A stretch of 64,000 nt of DNA from positions 38,194 to 102,193 of the IMG/VR virus record IMGVR_UViG_3300040801_001810. The stretch is one strand, 5' to 3'. Every line of letters starts with the position of its first letter. Position 1 is the first letter of the stretch. Of this stretch, positions 37,623 through 48,617 are shown piece after piece. The translations under genes and the position numbers were made by a program. The notes under the pieces were generated by a model. The model saw only the letters and a list, made by a program, of their open reading frames with translations. It had not been told where the DNA came from and did not search any database. The stretch comes from a virus (taxonomy: Duplodnaviria; Heunggongvirae; Uroviricota; Caudoviricetes).

Positions 37623-38138
37623 ATGAACATAGGATCAAAATATACCCATTTAGATGGAAAGTTAATAACTCATAGGAGATATAACACCATCAAAAAACAA
37701 AGGAATAAAAATATTCCTAAACTAAAATGGTCAAAAAATTTTGCTTATATTTATGGGTTATATAGTCCTATATTAAACAAATACTTTTACGTAGGTATAT
37801 CACAAAATCCAAGAGTTAGGTACTATCAACATCTTAGATACGATAGTAGCAATTCTGATAAGAATAACCATATTGAAAGATTAAAACTAAAAAACTTAGC
37901 TCCAAGATTAGACATATTAGCTCAGGTACCAGTTGAATATGGTTTAAAATGGGAGAGAGAGTATATTAGATATATACAATCAATTGGACATCCTTTAGTG
38001 AATAAAAGTAAAGAGTTTAATAGTCAAGATTTATTTAAAATATCTGATGAAGACATAGAAATATTAAGTGTATTAAATGACGAAGAAGATATATCTATAA
38101 GCAAAATAGACCATATTAATTTTTTACAAAACTTATAG
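37623..38138 (+). CDS. GIY-YIG endonuclease (free-standing, homing-endonuclease-like)
   Basis: YIYGL...FYVGISQNPRVRYYQH...WEREYI...LVN. Confidence 0.85.
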   Translation: MNIGSKYTHLDGKLITHRRYNTIKKQRNKNIPKLKWSKNFAYIYGLYSPILNKYFYVGISQNPRVRYYQHLRYDSSNSDKNNHIERLKLKNLAPRLDILAQVPVEYGLKWEREYIRYIQSIGHPLVNKSKEFNSQDLFKISDEDIEILSVLNDEEDISISKIDHINFLQNL

Positions 38139-38147
38139 GAGAAAATT

Positions 38148-38480
38148 ATGAGTATGTTTTTAAGCACAGATCTATCTGAAATGATAGACGATTTACAATC
38201 ATTATTTGGATATCATTATAAGTATGATGTTAAACTAAAACCAGTATCAGAAATCCAGCTAGAATTGCCTGGGGTAGCAAAAGAGTGTATAAAATCCCAC
38301 GTAAAGAATGAAATATTAGTAGTTCAGTGGTTAGATAGACATCAACATGAACAAAGAAAAGAATACTATGTCGGAAAGATAGATGCAACAGAAGCTACAT
38401 ATAAAGACGGACTTTTAAGTATTAAAATTACTAAACAAAAAGAATCCGAAGGTGTGGAGATAAAAATTAAAGGGGCTTAA
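38148..38480 (+). CDS. Hsp20 small heat-shock protein
   Basis: LELPGVAKECI, ILVV, EATYKDGLLSIKITK, EIKIK (alpha-crystallin domain with IxI); AGGAG RBS. Confidence 0.88.
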   Translation: MSMFLSTDLSEMIDDLQSLFGYHYKYDVKLKPVSEIQLELPGVAKECIKSHVKNEILVVQWLDRHQHEQRKEYYVGKIDATEATYKDGLLSIKITKQKESEGVEIKIKGA

Positions 38481-38496
38481 AGCCCCTTTTTAATTT
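38463..38496. terminator. bidirectional intrinsic terminator at the strand switch
   Basis: AAAGGGGCT, taa loop, AGCCCCTTT flanked by A and T tracts, between convergent genes. Confidence 0.85.
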
Positions 38497-38851
38497 ATAG
38501 ATTTGAAGAATAAGCTACTAAGTTTTTATATAATTTTTCAAATGATATCATCATAGCCTTAAGTTGGTTAAAGTTTGATTGGAAGTCAGTAACCTCTCCT
38601 TCACTTAAATAAAATCGAGTCTCTTCAGGAAGAATAACCTTAGCAAGTTTCTCTTCTAAGTTAGTAATAAGAGTACCATTATCTGATATAAGTGATCTAA
38701 GCTCAGTATTATTCCTATTAGCATCGACAACATTAGTCTTACTATTTACTTCAGTAGTTACATTATTAATTTTAGTAACCAAACCTTTAATTTGAGTTTC
38801 CAAATTCAAAACTTTCATTTCTAATTGTTCAGTTGTTAGTGTAGTGGACAT
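38495..38851 (-). CDS. coiled-coil virion-associated protein
   Basis: Heptad-rich 118-aa ORF at the end of the structural operon. Confidence 0.7.
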   Translation of the reverse strand: MSTTLTTEQLEMKVLNLETQIKGLVTKINNVTTEVNSKTNVVDANRNNTELRSLISDNGTLITNLEEKLAKVILPEETRFYLSEGEVTDFQSNFNQLKAMMISFEKLYKNLVAYSSNL

Positions 38852-40035
38852 TATAATACCTCTCTATAATCTAATTTCGCTCCCTTAAACATAGGAGTCG
38901 TAAGATTTACTTCATTCATAACTACTTTTAAGTATAAAGCATTATCGCTGGTAACTGTGTCAACAGCAGGATCTTGGTCAACTGATATTGTAGTAGTATT
39001 AATTAGCTGTCTTCCAGGTTTTCTTTGAAGTATAACTTTTCCATCATCTGTAGTAGGATTAGTAACTAATGATATCTCTGATATAAATTTATCATAATTA
39101 TTATCAATAATACCATCAACAAAGAAGTCTAAATTAATAGCAACTGGAGAAATAGAATCGATAGGATTATCAGCATGATCATTTCCAGTTGGTACATTCT
39201 CAAATTTAAAATAACATGTAGTAATATTATCTGTATAATCAATACTACATATATCAATCTTAGAAAAACCTACTGTATTAATTCCATCAAGACACTCAAC
39301 AGTAAACTTAATAGTATTATTGAATTCTTTAGGAGATAAGTGTAAGACAATCGGCGTGCTAGAATTGTAAAAAGAACTAGAACTATCATAAATAGTAGTA
39401 GCTACACTTTGTAGATCATAGTATTCGATCTTAGTAATATTCATTCCAAATACTGGAAATGGATTAGCTTCAACATAGTTAAATGTTCTTTTAACTGAAG
39501 GAGGAAGTCTAACTTCAATAGTATGTACTCCAGAAGCCATTGTTTCTATCCAAAAAGTAGTATCATCACCATCAAGAATGTTATATACTGGATCAGTTTG
39601 TGGTCTATATACATCGTCAACATATATCTCTACATTTGGAGATAAGGTATCTTCATATATAGGTATCTTTGATATCTTTTTATTATCATCCCAGCTAAGG
39701 GTGATAATTCCTGCATTTTTATTCTGTCTACCATTAGTTACATCGCCATACCCAGTAGAAAAACATACTCCACCATAGAAACCAGATGGGATATCATATG
39801 GTTCTGGATACGAATTGTATATCTGATTACTTCTAGCTAATGATGTATATGCTGATACAATACCAAGATTTAATCTATTCATTTGTTGTTCTAATTCTGA
39901 ACTTCTCATTATAGATCTTAACACAGACTCTTCAATAGATCGGAGCATCTCATTTAATTTCTTAGAATCTATTTTAGACCTGTAATCTATTTCTTCAACA
40001 ATTGGGTACGCCAGCAATTGATCTTTATTAGCCAT
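38851..40035 (-). CDS. putative baseplate/tail structural protein
   Basis: N-terminal helix DSKKLNEML, NILDGDDTTFW (discoidin/F5-8-like), beta-rich; start MANK after GGAG. Confidence 0.65.
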   Translation of the reverse strand: MANKDQLLAYPIVEEIDYRSKIDSKKLNEMLRSIEESVLRSIMRSSELEQQMNRLNLGIVSAYTSLARSNQIYNSYPEPYDIPSGFYGGVCFSTGYGDVTNGRQNKNAGIITLSWDDNKKISKIPIYEDTLSPNVEIYVDDVYRPQTDPVYNILDGDDTTFWIETMASGVHTIEVRLPPSVKRTFNYVEANPFPVFGMNITKIEYYDLQSVATTIYDSSSSFYNSSTPIVLHLSPKEFNNTIKFTVECLDGINTVGFSKIDICSIDYTDNITTCYFKFENVPTGNDHADNPIDSISPVAINLDFFVDGIIDNNYDKFISEISLVTNPTTDDGKVILQRKPGRQLINTTTISVDQDPAVDTVTSDNALYLKVVMNEVNLTTPMFKGAKLDYREVL

Positions 40036-40303
40036 TATTTTTCTCCAAATATCTAATTTGATTATAGTGTGTTCTATATATGTAATCAAATTTAAGCATA
40101 GTTAATACTCGCTGATTTATAGAACTAGGAAGGCCGCTTGGACTAATAACATATGCTGTCCCAGACGAATCTATTTGTTCTAATATACCAGAGTAATGTG
40201 TTTGACCTTCTTTTTCAAAGCCAAGTAGCTCAATTAAATTATCATAGGCCAATAATAATTTATCATTAATTTCTTGTGATAATAAGCTATACGAATTTCT
40301 CAT
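40028..40303 (-). CDS. hypothetical structural-module protein
   Basis: 91 aa, coupled to neighbours. Confidence 0.7.
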   Translation of the reverse strand: MRNSYSLLSQEINDKLLLAYDNLIELLGFEKEGQTHYSGILEQIDSSGTAYVISPSGLPSSINQRVLTMLKFDYIYRTHYNQIRYLEKNNG

Positions 40304-43300
40304 TATGTGTCCCTATTTACTATAAATTTAAGAGAGTCAACTCTTGGAGCTAGACTGCCTTCTTCATCACTCTGTAATTCTAGTTTATATAAGAATCTAC
40401 TATTAGTATCGTCTATAGAAGATACTTTCCTGTATGAAATAGAGTAGAAAGCTGGAAGATTCTCAGCTGTAGGGTAAAATAAAAATCCATTATTATCATC
40501 AGTAACAGAAACATATCCAGTTGAACTATATTCAGCTATATCTGAAGCTGTTGCTTGAGCAAGCCAAGCTCCGCACCCAACTCTAGAATCTGTATACAAG
40601 GCTCTAGGATCATAATCACCAGAATATAATAGATATGTATGTGTAGGACTAAAATCTATATTCAAAGGATGACCAAAAGTACTATGATGATTATAAAAAG
40701 ATACCCCAGTATAGTTAGGATAGTCTGGTAAAACAGCACCTTGATTCCAAGTATTATCGATAACACTTCTATCTCTTTTGTATATAACGCCACTAGAATC
40801 AGACCCAGTTGTGTAAATTATTGGTCCTAATGTGGTCCATCCTGAAACACCAGAATAAGTAATTGTGCCTTCTCTAATCCAGTGACCAATATTTTTAGTT
40901 CTTGCATTATTACTTAGATAATATCTTTTATTAATAGAATCAAAATAGTATCCAGGAAATATATCCTTTGATGGAGCCTTTACTACAACAAACTTTTCTC
41001 CTCGGGAATTCTGTTGTATAGCAGCACGATTGTTATTATTCATAGGAGTATCGTATATTAGAGTACTTAAATCTACCATTGATATTGCTGTAATTTTGGA
41101 TACTAATTTAACATAGGGAGTCACTGATATAGTACTCTCTTGGAAACGATCACTTTCATATGGAACCCAGTTATTAGCACAGAAACCAGTATCTTCATCA
41201 CTAGCACAAAAGATTGTAACTTTAAAATGTTGATCACCAGTAGTATTTTCATCTAGGGCAAAGGCTATTGTAAATAGATTTCCATCAGGATCAATAGTAT
41301 CTATCTTTCCTGTCTGTAGATTCTCTACAGTTATAGTCTTAATAATAGGAATATTTCTTTGATCTGTTACATTATTGTTCTCTATTGTAACTTGAGGATC
41401 AGTTGCTCCTGGTGATATAATAGCATATCCAGTCCAAGTAGATAGATAATTGTTTCTAATTCTATATTGATATTTATAGTCAAAAGTAACTGTAGTTGGA
41501 TCCAAGTCACCCCTAGTGGAATCTAAATTACTTAGTTTAATTCCAGTTAAGGTACCATCCGTGTACTGAAGCTGATCTTTGTATTCTGAATCTTCTAAAA
41601 CCACAGAGGTACCATTAACCTTAATCTCAGATATTGAATCTACTACATATTCCTCATTAGTTCTTAGATTATCAGTTATTTTAAGTGTATAACCAGACCA
41701 AGTAGAACCAGTACCAGAAGGAGTAACATTATTTTTAACTCCTATCTCGTCTATCCAGCTAGATTTATAGCTCCAAGCAAAGTTAACAGGATAATATTTA
41801 TCGTTTCCTATAACAGGTCTTTCTTGATAGGCAAATAATTTAACAGTATTGTCAATAATAACATCATTATATCCAAACTTATATATTTTATAGTAAGGAA
41901 TATTATTGAAATAATAGTCGGGTAAGTTCTCTTCTGCTAAAACAAGTCCACTTATATTTATAGTTGATAATCCAGTAGGAGTCACATAGTCAGAATATGG
42001 TCTCCACCATCCATTAATAGATGAATCGTATTCACCAAATCTAATAGTTCTACCAGTAGAACCCACATAACCAAAAGGATATCCTGCATTATACTCGTAG
42101 CCAATCCATTGTCCAGAATAAAGCACATTAGCTGTAATAGCAGGGTTTAATGTTCCGTCTATATCTTCAATATCATCCCAATCAATACTCTCTAAGGCAG
42201 CTACATCTACTCCAGATATCAAGACACCACTATCTACTAGAGGCTCTAAGGTAGCCCAGTCTGGGTTTGATGTATTAACCCATCCACTTACATATACACC
42301 AGAGTAATCATTATCACCAAATAATAGGTAAGAATCTATAGTAAAGATCGAATTATTTAATTTATCATGTTTAATTGTATTATCAAACTCTACTTTTTCT
42401 GGTATTTTACTTCCTTTTTCTCCTTTAAATTGGAGAGGAATCCAGTTAAAATCTACATTTTTATATAATTCTACACCGCTCACAGTATTTTCTGCATTCC
42501 ATATATCTGATAAGAATACTTTACCAGAATAGGTAGGAGAGAATTCATATATGTATGGTGACTTTGGATCAACTAAGTTTCCACGACTATCTAAAAACCC
42601 ACCACTAATAGTCATATCCTGAGCGACATATAAACTAGCTGCACAATTAGTTGGAAGCTGATATCTACCAGATGCCTCAATAGTAGCTACTACTGGGACT
42701 TCGTTACTATATTTATCAAAGGTAATTGGATTAGAATAAAGAACTGCTTTCTTTCTAGATGTTCCACGAGATATGGCTAGATTATTAATGACATATTGAT
42801 ATGTATTTGTTTCTGGAATATCAGGAGCATTTTTAATAAAGTCTAATTTGATGTGTGTTGTTTTAGTTTTAGGAAATGAGAATTTAACTTTATCATTTTT
42901 AATATCTTGAATAGAATTATTCTTAACGTCTTTCCATTGGAACCCGTCTTTATAATATAACCTAATAGAACCATGAGATATATCAGAATCAACATCTAAA
43001 GTTACAGCATTTATATCAATTTCTCGAGCATCAGCTGTAAGTTGTAGACTGACGGAAGTAACCAGTCTAGTTGGTCCATTGGTTGTAATTTTATAGAATA
43101 GTTGACGAGGATCCTGCTGATCAAGCATAGTCCCAGCATCTGTAGAACCAACATAACCATTCTCTATAATACGAGAATAGTTTTCTACTACATTAAACTC
43201 TAGTTTGGTACCGATATAATGATATAAAGAAAGAACATTTTCGTTCTCTCTTCTTATGGTAAATATACCAGCATCTGTATTAATTGGATCACTTCTATAT

Positions 43301-43719
43301 GCATTTATATTAGATAATTCATCAAAGTTTTCAGTAAAATTATATTCGAGATATTCTTCGCCTAGTTTACCATCTTCGATATCCTTAGCTCTAGTACCAA
43401 TTCGTCTTAGCTCTCGCTTTGAGCCATTATGTTCTTTAAGTGAGTTGGTTAATTGATCAAGAATATCTTTAGACTCGGCTTCTACAGAATCAAATAAAAT
43501 ATCTAGGTCATCAATAATATTAGAAAAGTTCTTTCTAATTTTATCGATATCAATGTCCTTCATTTTCTCATTTTTAGTAAGAGGTATGTAGTCAGTAGAA
43601 GTAATTTCTTCCATTTTCTTTAGAACTTCGCTTTTAGCAGGGATTTTTGGAGGACCATAATCACCTTTAATAAAAGCAGTGTATATCTTATCATATAAAT
43701 TTTTTTGTTTATAGTTCAT
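40303..43719 (-). CDS. large baseplate/tail structural protein
   Basis: 1138 aa; N-terminal coiled coil (IIDDLDILF), beta-rich body, C-terminal LAPRVDSLKF. Confidence 0.7.
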   Translation of the reverse strand: MNYKQKNLYDKIYTAFIKGDYGPPKIPAKSEVLKKMEEITSTDYIPLTKNEKMKDIDIDKIRKNFSNIIDDLDILFDSVEAESKDILDQLTNSLKEHNGSKRELRRIGTRAKDIEDGKLGEEYLEYNFTENFDELSNINAYRSDPINTDAGIFTIRRENENVLSLYHYIGTKLEFNVVENYSRIIENGYVGSTDAGTMLDQQDPRQLFYKITTNGPTRLVTSVSLQLTADAREIDINAVTLDVDSDISHGSIRLYYKDGFQWKDVKNNSIQDIKNDKVKFSFPKTKTTHIKLDFIKNAPDIPETNTYQYVINNLAISRGTSRKKAVLYSNPITFDKYSNEVPVVATIEASGRYQLPTNCAASLYVAQDMTISGGFLDSRGNLVDPKSPYIYEFSPTYSGKVFLSDIWNAENTVSGVELYKNVDFNWIPLQFKGEKGSKIPEKVEFDNTIKHDKLNNSIFTIDSYLLFGDNDYSGVYVSGWVNTSNPDWATLEPLVDSGVLISGVDVAALESIDWDDIEDIDGTLNPAITANVLYSGQWIGYEYNAGYPFGYVGSTGRTIRFGEYDSSINGWWRPYSDYVTPTGLSTINISGLVLAEENLPDYYFNNIPYYKIYKFGYNDVIIDNTVKLFAYQERPVIGNDKYYPVNFAWSYKSSWIDEIGVKNNVTPSGTGSTWSGYTLKITDNLRTNEEYVVDSISEIKVNGTSVVLEDSEYKDQLQYTDGTLTGIKLSNLDSTRGDLDPTTVTFDYKYQYRIRNNYLSTWTGYAIISPGATDPQVTIENNNVTDQRNIPIIKTITVENLQTGKIDTIDPDGNLFTIAFALDENTTGDQHFKVTIFCASDEDTGFCANNWVPYESDRFQESTISVTPYVKLVSKITAISMVDLSTLIYDTPMNNNNRAAIQQNSRGEKFVVVKAPSKDIFPGYYFDSINKRYYLSNNARTKNIGHWIREGTITYSGVSGWTTLGPIIYTTGSDSSGVIYKRDRSVIDNTWNQGAVLPDYPNYTGVSFYNHHSTFGHPLNIDFSPTHTYLLYSGDYDPRALYTDSRVGCGAWLAQATASDIAEYSSTGYVSVTDDNNGFLFYPTAENLPAFYSISYRKVSSIDDTNSRFLYKLELQSDEEGSLAPRVDSLKFIVNRDT

Positions 43720-43727
43720 AACATACC

Positions 43728-45098
43728 TTATAGATTAAAAAATTGATTTTTATCAAATACTAAACATTTATAATCATGAACCTCAGGAGGAGCAAATTGA
43801 TTATTAGTTAATTTAGATAGATCAAAAACAATCTTAACTCTAAAATTATTAATAGTAGATCCATAATCTATATATTTAATACTACTATTTTCTACATCAG
43901 TTTCAGGAGCGGCATCAAATATAAATAGTTTAGGTACTAAAACTCCATCTATTAGTTCATCATTCCTAGTAATAGGTGATATTGGTTCCCATTGATTTGC
44001 ATTAAATTCAACATAATATTTAATAACGTCATATGACATAATATTTGGATAAGTAGGAATAATTTCTTGAACCTTAAGAGAAAAAGTATACATCTCAAAG
44101 TCCAATGCATATTGATTAGAGATATATGTACCCTGTTTTTGATAGGAATTCTCTTTGATCGCTATATCATCTATTCCTAAACTTAGTCTTCTTCTATCTA
44201 TAATATAAGGATTGTCAATAGTAATATCGTCTATTAGTTTAATTTGATCTCTGTTTGGATTTGTAAAAGTTTGATTATCTAAGTTACCAAGATAGTCTGT
44301 TCCAATTAGTTTCTGATGATTTATCTCTATCTTAGCTATATCTGACTGAAGTAATGTAGGTCCCATATTAGCAAGACTAAAAGTATAAATTGCTGGAATT
44401 TTGGAGCCAGATATCTGGTCATTATAAAACGGAAGACCAAACGAAATACCACTACTCATAATACCAGACGCATGACTCTGCCAGTCAGTGAAACCACTTG
44501 CATATACACCATTAGCAGAATATTTAACTTCTATTTGATAGGGATAACCATGAGGAACACCACTATATGCAACATCATTAGAATTTGCGATTGTTCCCCA
44601 TTTAACATTATATGTTATTTGGTTTTGATTAACCATATATCCACTAATTACTACGTTTTCTGGTCTAAGATTACCAGGATAGGAATATACTCCACTAGTA
44701 TTACTTCCAAAAGACTGATATACATCTAATTTCTGAATCCAGAATAGATCAAAAGATGTATTTTCCCAAGTTCTATCTTCGATTTTAATTGGATTAACTA
44801 TTAATTGATCAGTTTCATCAGTATTATTAATTATAGTAGTAAAATAAAATCCGCTATTTAAATCAGTAGATCTATTAGTTCTGGTAAGATAACCGCTAGC
44901 CTGAAGATCAGAAACACTTGCACTATGAGGAGCAATCATTATTCTAACTTCTTCAGTAGGATTAATATCAAAAGGAATAGTTGTTCCACTTGGTACAACA
45001 TCAAAATAGATATAAGAATCGCTTTTATTTCTAGGAGCGAGCTTTAATCTAAGATCAGCTATATCTGTTCCAAGAGTTACATTAAAGAAATTTGCCAT
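43728..45098 (-). CDS. putative baseplate/tail structural protein
   Basis: 456 aa; IKYYVEFN..WEPISP, C-terminal PPEVHDYK; Ser-Gly-rich N-terminal half. Confidence 0.65.
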   Translation of the reverse strand: MANFFNVTLGTDIADLRLKLAPRNKSDSYIYFDVVPSGTTIPFDINPTEEVRIMIAPHSASVSDLQASGYLTRTNRSTDLNSGFYFTTIINNTDETDQLIVNPIKIEDRTWENTSFDLFWIQKLDVYQSFGSNTSGVYSYPGNLRPENVVISGYMVNQNQITYNVKWGTIANSNDVAYSGVPHGYPYQIEVKYSANGVYASGFTDWQSHASGIMSSGISFGLPFYNDQISGSKIPAIYTFSLANMGPTLLQSDIAKIEINHQKLIGTDYLGNLDNQTFTNPNRDQIKLIDDITIDNPYIIDRRRLSLGIDDIAIKENSYQKQGTYISNQYALDFEMYTFSLKVQEIIPTYPNIMSYDVIKYYVEFNANQWEPISPITRNDELIDGVLVPKLFIFDAAPETDVENSSIKYIDYGSTINNFRVKIVFDLSKLTNNQFAPPEVHDYKCLVFDKNQFFNL

Positions 45099-45101
45099 AG
45101 T

Positions 45102-48100
45102 TTAATTACCTAATGGGAAGTTATATGTAGTTGGATTAGTTAAGCACCAATTTGAGAACTGACCAAATTCATCCTCAATACTTACAAATACTCTATAATT
45201 ATCTGATTCTTCTATATTTACAGTCATTACTTTATCTACTAGTAAGACGCCAGTTCCTGGAAGATATTCCCCAGTAGCAGTGACTCCCTCAAGCGATAGC
45301 TCTCCTGTCCATAACTGTTTAATAATGTTATTATCAACTTCAATGTTAGGATAGGTCGATACATTATCATATGGGGTAAACTTTGATTCTACGAAATAAT
45401 CTAAGAAATTAGAAGTTTTAGTAACAGCAACCATATAAATACCAGACATAGCTGGATATACCTGGTTGCCAGAGTATTGTGGTCTTGCAGATTCAAAGTC
45501 AGTAATATCCCAATCTTCATGTGTAACATTTAAAATCGTTTTAAAAGTAACCCCACTAGCTTCACTATTTATATATAAATAAGGATTAGAACTAGATATA
45601 GTAGACATTATATCAGAACCATATAAACCAGTTACACCAATGTATAGTTCTGCATCTGAAATATTATATCGTGCACCAATACAGTTAGTTACACAGTTTG
45701 TAACAGCTATTCCATTATTAAGTGCTGTGCCTGGCTTGATACCATGAAGTTTTGGTTCGTATTCTATCCAGTAATAGCTACCTCTTGGTAAGTTATTAGC
45801 AATAGTAATGGATCCATTAGCCACTCCATTGTTTTTAAAAGAGTATGGATTAGTGCTCTGTGTAAATCCTGTATCAACATTAATTGATTTATTTGTTATA
45901 TTCCATAGCTCAGTATAATCAGAAGCATTTCTTTTTTGTTCTCTTTGCCATGTATGTGCTATAGTTGATTGTATTGTTTTGTATATATTATTAACAGTTG
46001 ATATACTTCCGTCCGAATTTGGCGGATTAATATCTATTGAAAGTTCCTTAGACGCTATGATTCCGCCAGTATTATTCAACACCTTAACATTCATTATACA
46101 TCCACTTATTGCAAAATCTGGATGAGTATAATCTACGAGACCACCTGCATTATTCATATCAAGAGTAAGAGGAACATATAAATTAAAGTATCCTGTATCA
46201 TCATAATGCCATACAGAACCCTGCACATTCTTTTCAGTATCCCCACCAAAAAGCAAGCTATCTCCTCCAGAGTTTTTAAAGCTAACTTTAACTGGACTTT
46301 CGATTAAAGCAGTATATCCACCTCCCCAAGATGTATATAATTCTTTATAAGAAGTTTGACGACCACCATACCTAAAATTAATATCAGGTCTAGCACTTTT
46401 ATCTATTTCTATTCCGCCTTCTTCATTATCACTAACTCTTGGAGTTAAAGTTGTATCAAAAGAATTAATTGTAAGAGGTTGAGTTTTGCTATAGATACCA
46501 AAGCAGCCAGTTATGTTAATCATTAATCTAGTTCCAGTTCTATCTTCTTCAGCAATTCCAGTATATTCTTCTTCACCAAAGGCTGGGTCTCTCCAGTATT
46601 CGACAACAGCATTTCCAAGAGTCATTTCAGCTGGAGCAAACTTCTTAACTTTTATATCTGTAACTCCTGCTGTTGCTTTAATATCTGCATATCCATAATG
46701 TCCAGAACCAAAACCATCATCATATTTAGACTTAATATATCCAATAGTCCATCCATTAGGCGCTTTATCAGATACAGGAGTACTAAGATCTTTAAATCTA
46801 TATGCGTGCATGTCTGGATGATCATGAGCATCCATATGTATCATAGCCATATTATCATTGACATCTACATATATAGCGCTTCCTTTAATATATCCTGCAC
46901 CTTCAATAGAAGATGTATCTTGTGTTTTAATATCAACTAGATGATTCTCTTTAGCTTTAGCTAATCTAAAATCAATAGATGGATAACCGCCATAAGAGAA
47001 TGATTCAAAGTCTAATACTTCATATGTTAGATTTGCTTTAAAGAAGTTATCAGCTTGTGTAGGAGTAAATCTATTAAAAGAACCAATAGTATTTAAGAAT
47101 GTACCATCAATTGTTGGAAATTTAAACATTTTCATTTCACTAGAGAGATTAGTATATTTAAAATGTAGCTCTCCATTATTAACAATTAAATCACCATAAC
47201 CACAGTCGGATATTATAATTAAAGATTTCAGTACTAAGCTAGAATCATGTATAGCAAGTTGAAGATACTTTTTCTGATCTGTCTTTGTCCACTTATCTAT
47301 AGTGTAACTTGATTTAAGAGTAACATAGTGAGAATCAACATACTCACAAGCAAGATGACTAGCTATGGTATATTCGGGTGGATTGTTATCTATTATTTTT
47401 GATAGAGTCGGCTTAACAAAACTATTTGTACCAAAAATCATCTTGTTAATAGAATTCTTTTGACGATAAGGGTTAGTAGTTGTATCAGGATTAGTTATAT
47501 CTGAGTAACACTTTCCAAAACATGTATGAGTTCCAATTGTATCTGTTGTAACATATGTACTATCTGTTATACAGCCATACTGAACAGGAAAGAATATTCC
47601 ATTAACTTCATGCCCAGAAATAATTCTATAATTCCATAGATCATTTTCAAATCCACTATCACTTACAGTAGACGTTATTCTATTAGCAGTACTAGTTCTA
47701 TCATTAGAAAGAGGATATCCCCATGATGTAGGATTAATTTTTAGTTTGCCTGTATTAGTAATAGACGCCTTAGTAATTTGATATTTTAATACAATAGGAA
47801 CAGCATAGAACTGATGCTTATACTCGCTACTACCATTAAAGTTTTGTTCTGCCCATACATCAACTCTTGCTGTTACAGATAAATATAACCAGTCATATAA
47901 ATCTGGATCACTGCTATCTAATTTTACTTGTATAGAAGCCTGTGTATCAGATGCAAACAAACTATTGATTTTCTGTGATAGATAGTTACTTCCATTAGAT
48001 TGTACAGAATGACTTACCTCAGTAGTTATATATTTAATCTGATCACGCTCAATATTGAATTCAATATATTTAGTATTTCCATTAGTAAAGGCAGTCGGCA

Positions 48101-48617
48101 TTGTGAGGGTGGATCCAACTACATCAACTCCTGGATTAAATAGTAATTCCCCACTAGCAATTGGTTGTTTAAGTGTTGAAGCTTTAAGATATGTATTAAA
48201 AAAGGAACTATCATTTAACATAATCCTGTAAGGAATATTGGGTACCAGGATTTTACCTTCTAATAGATTTTCCCCAGAAGTATTATAATATGTTTTAATT
48301 ATTACCTGAGATCCAGTTGAAGTATCTTGACTACTAACAGCATAACATCTATTTCCAGCAGTTGCGTCATAAGTGAAAGTAAATCCTTTCTTATTATTAA
48401 CACAACCAAATGTCTTACCGCCTTTTTTAGGATCTTCTGGATCTCTAGATTGGAATATAGTAGTAGTGCTAGGTCTATCTGTAAAACTTTTAAACACAGA
48501 AATAGGATTACCTAGAGCAACACCGACCGCATTCTTATTGCTGGTTCCAGTTAATAGTTTGGTAGCTGATACAGGATTACCTAAAAGTGTTCCTACTAAG
48601 TTTCTTAAAAATCCCAT
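45102..48617 (-). CDS. large virion structural protein (tail/fibre-like)
   Basis: 1171 aa, rich in T/S/N/G/Y, beta-type composition, within the structural operon. Confidence 0.65.
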   Translation of the reverse strand: MGFLRNLVGTLLGNPVSATKLLTGTSNKNAVGVALGNPISVFKSFTDRPSTTTIFQSRDPEDPKKGGKTFGCVNNKKGFTFTYDATAGNRCYAVSSQDTSTGSQVIIKTYYNTSGENLLEGKILVPNIPYRIMLNDSSFFNTYLKASTLKQPIASGELLFNPGVDVVGSTLTMPTAFTNGNTKYIEFNIERDQIKYITTEVSHSVQSNGSNYLSQKINSLFASDTQASIQVKLDSSDPDLYDWLYLSVTARVDVWAEQNFNGSSEYKHQFYAVPIVLKYQITKASITNTGKLKINPTSWGYPLSNDRTSTANRITSTVSDSGFENDLWNYRIISGHEVNGIFFPVQYGCITDSTYVTTDTIGTHTCFGKCYSDITNPDTTTNPYRQKNSINKMIFGTNSFVKPTLSKIIDNNPPEYTIASHLACEYVDSHYVTLKSSYTIDKWTKTDQKKYLQLAIHDSSLVLKSLIIISDCGYGDLIVNNGELHFKYTNLSSEMKMFKFPTIDGTFLNTIGSFNRFTPTQADNFFKANLTYEVLDFESFSYGGYPSIDFRLAKAKENHLVDIKTQDTSSIEGAGYIKGSAIYVDVNDNMAMIHMDAHDHPDMHAYRFKDLSTPVSDKAPNGWTIGYIKSKYDDGFGSGHYGYADIKATAGVTDIKVKKFAPAEMTLGNAVVEYWRDPAFGEEEYTGIAEEDRTGTRLMINITGCFGIYSKTQPLTINSFDTTLTPRVSDNEEGGIEIDKSARPDINFRYGGRQTSYKELYTSWGGGYTALIESPVKVSFKNSGGDSLLFGGDTEKNVQGSVWHYDDTGYFNLYVPLTLDMNNAGGLVDYTHPDFAISGCIMNVKVLNNTGGIIASKELSIDINPPNSDGSISTVNNIYKTIQSTIAHTWQREQKRNASDYTELWNITNKSINVDTGFTQSTNPYSFKNNGVANGSITIANNLPRGSYYWIEYEPKLHGIKPGTALNNGIAVTNCVTNCIGARYNISDAELYIGVTGLYGSDIMSTISSSNPYLYINSEASGVTFKTILNVTHEDWDITDFESARPQYSGNQVYPAMSGIYMVAVTKTSNFLDYFVESKFTPYDNVSTYPNIEVDNNIIKQLWTGELSLEGVTATGEYLPGTGVLLVDKVMTVNIEESDNYRVFVSIEDEFGQFSNWCLTNPTTYNFPLGN

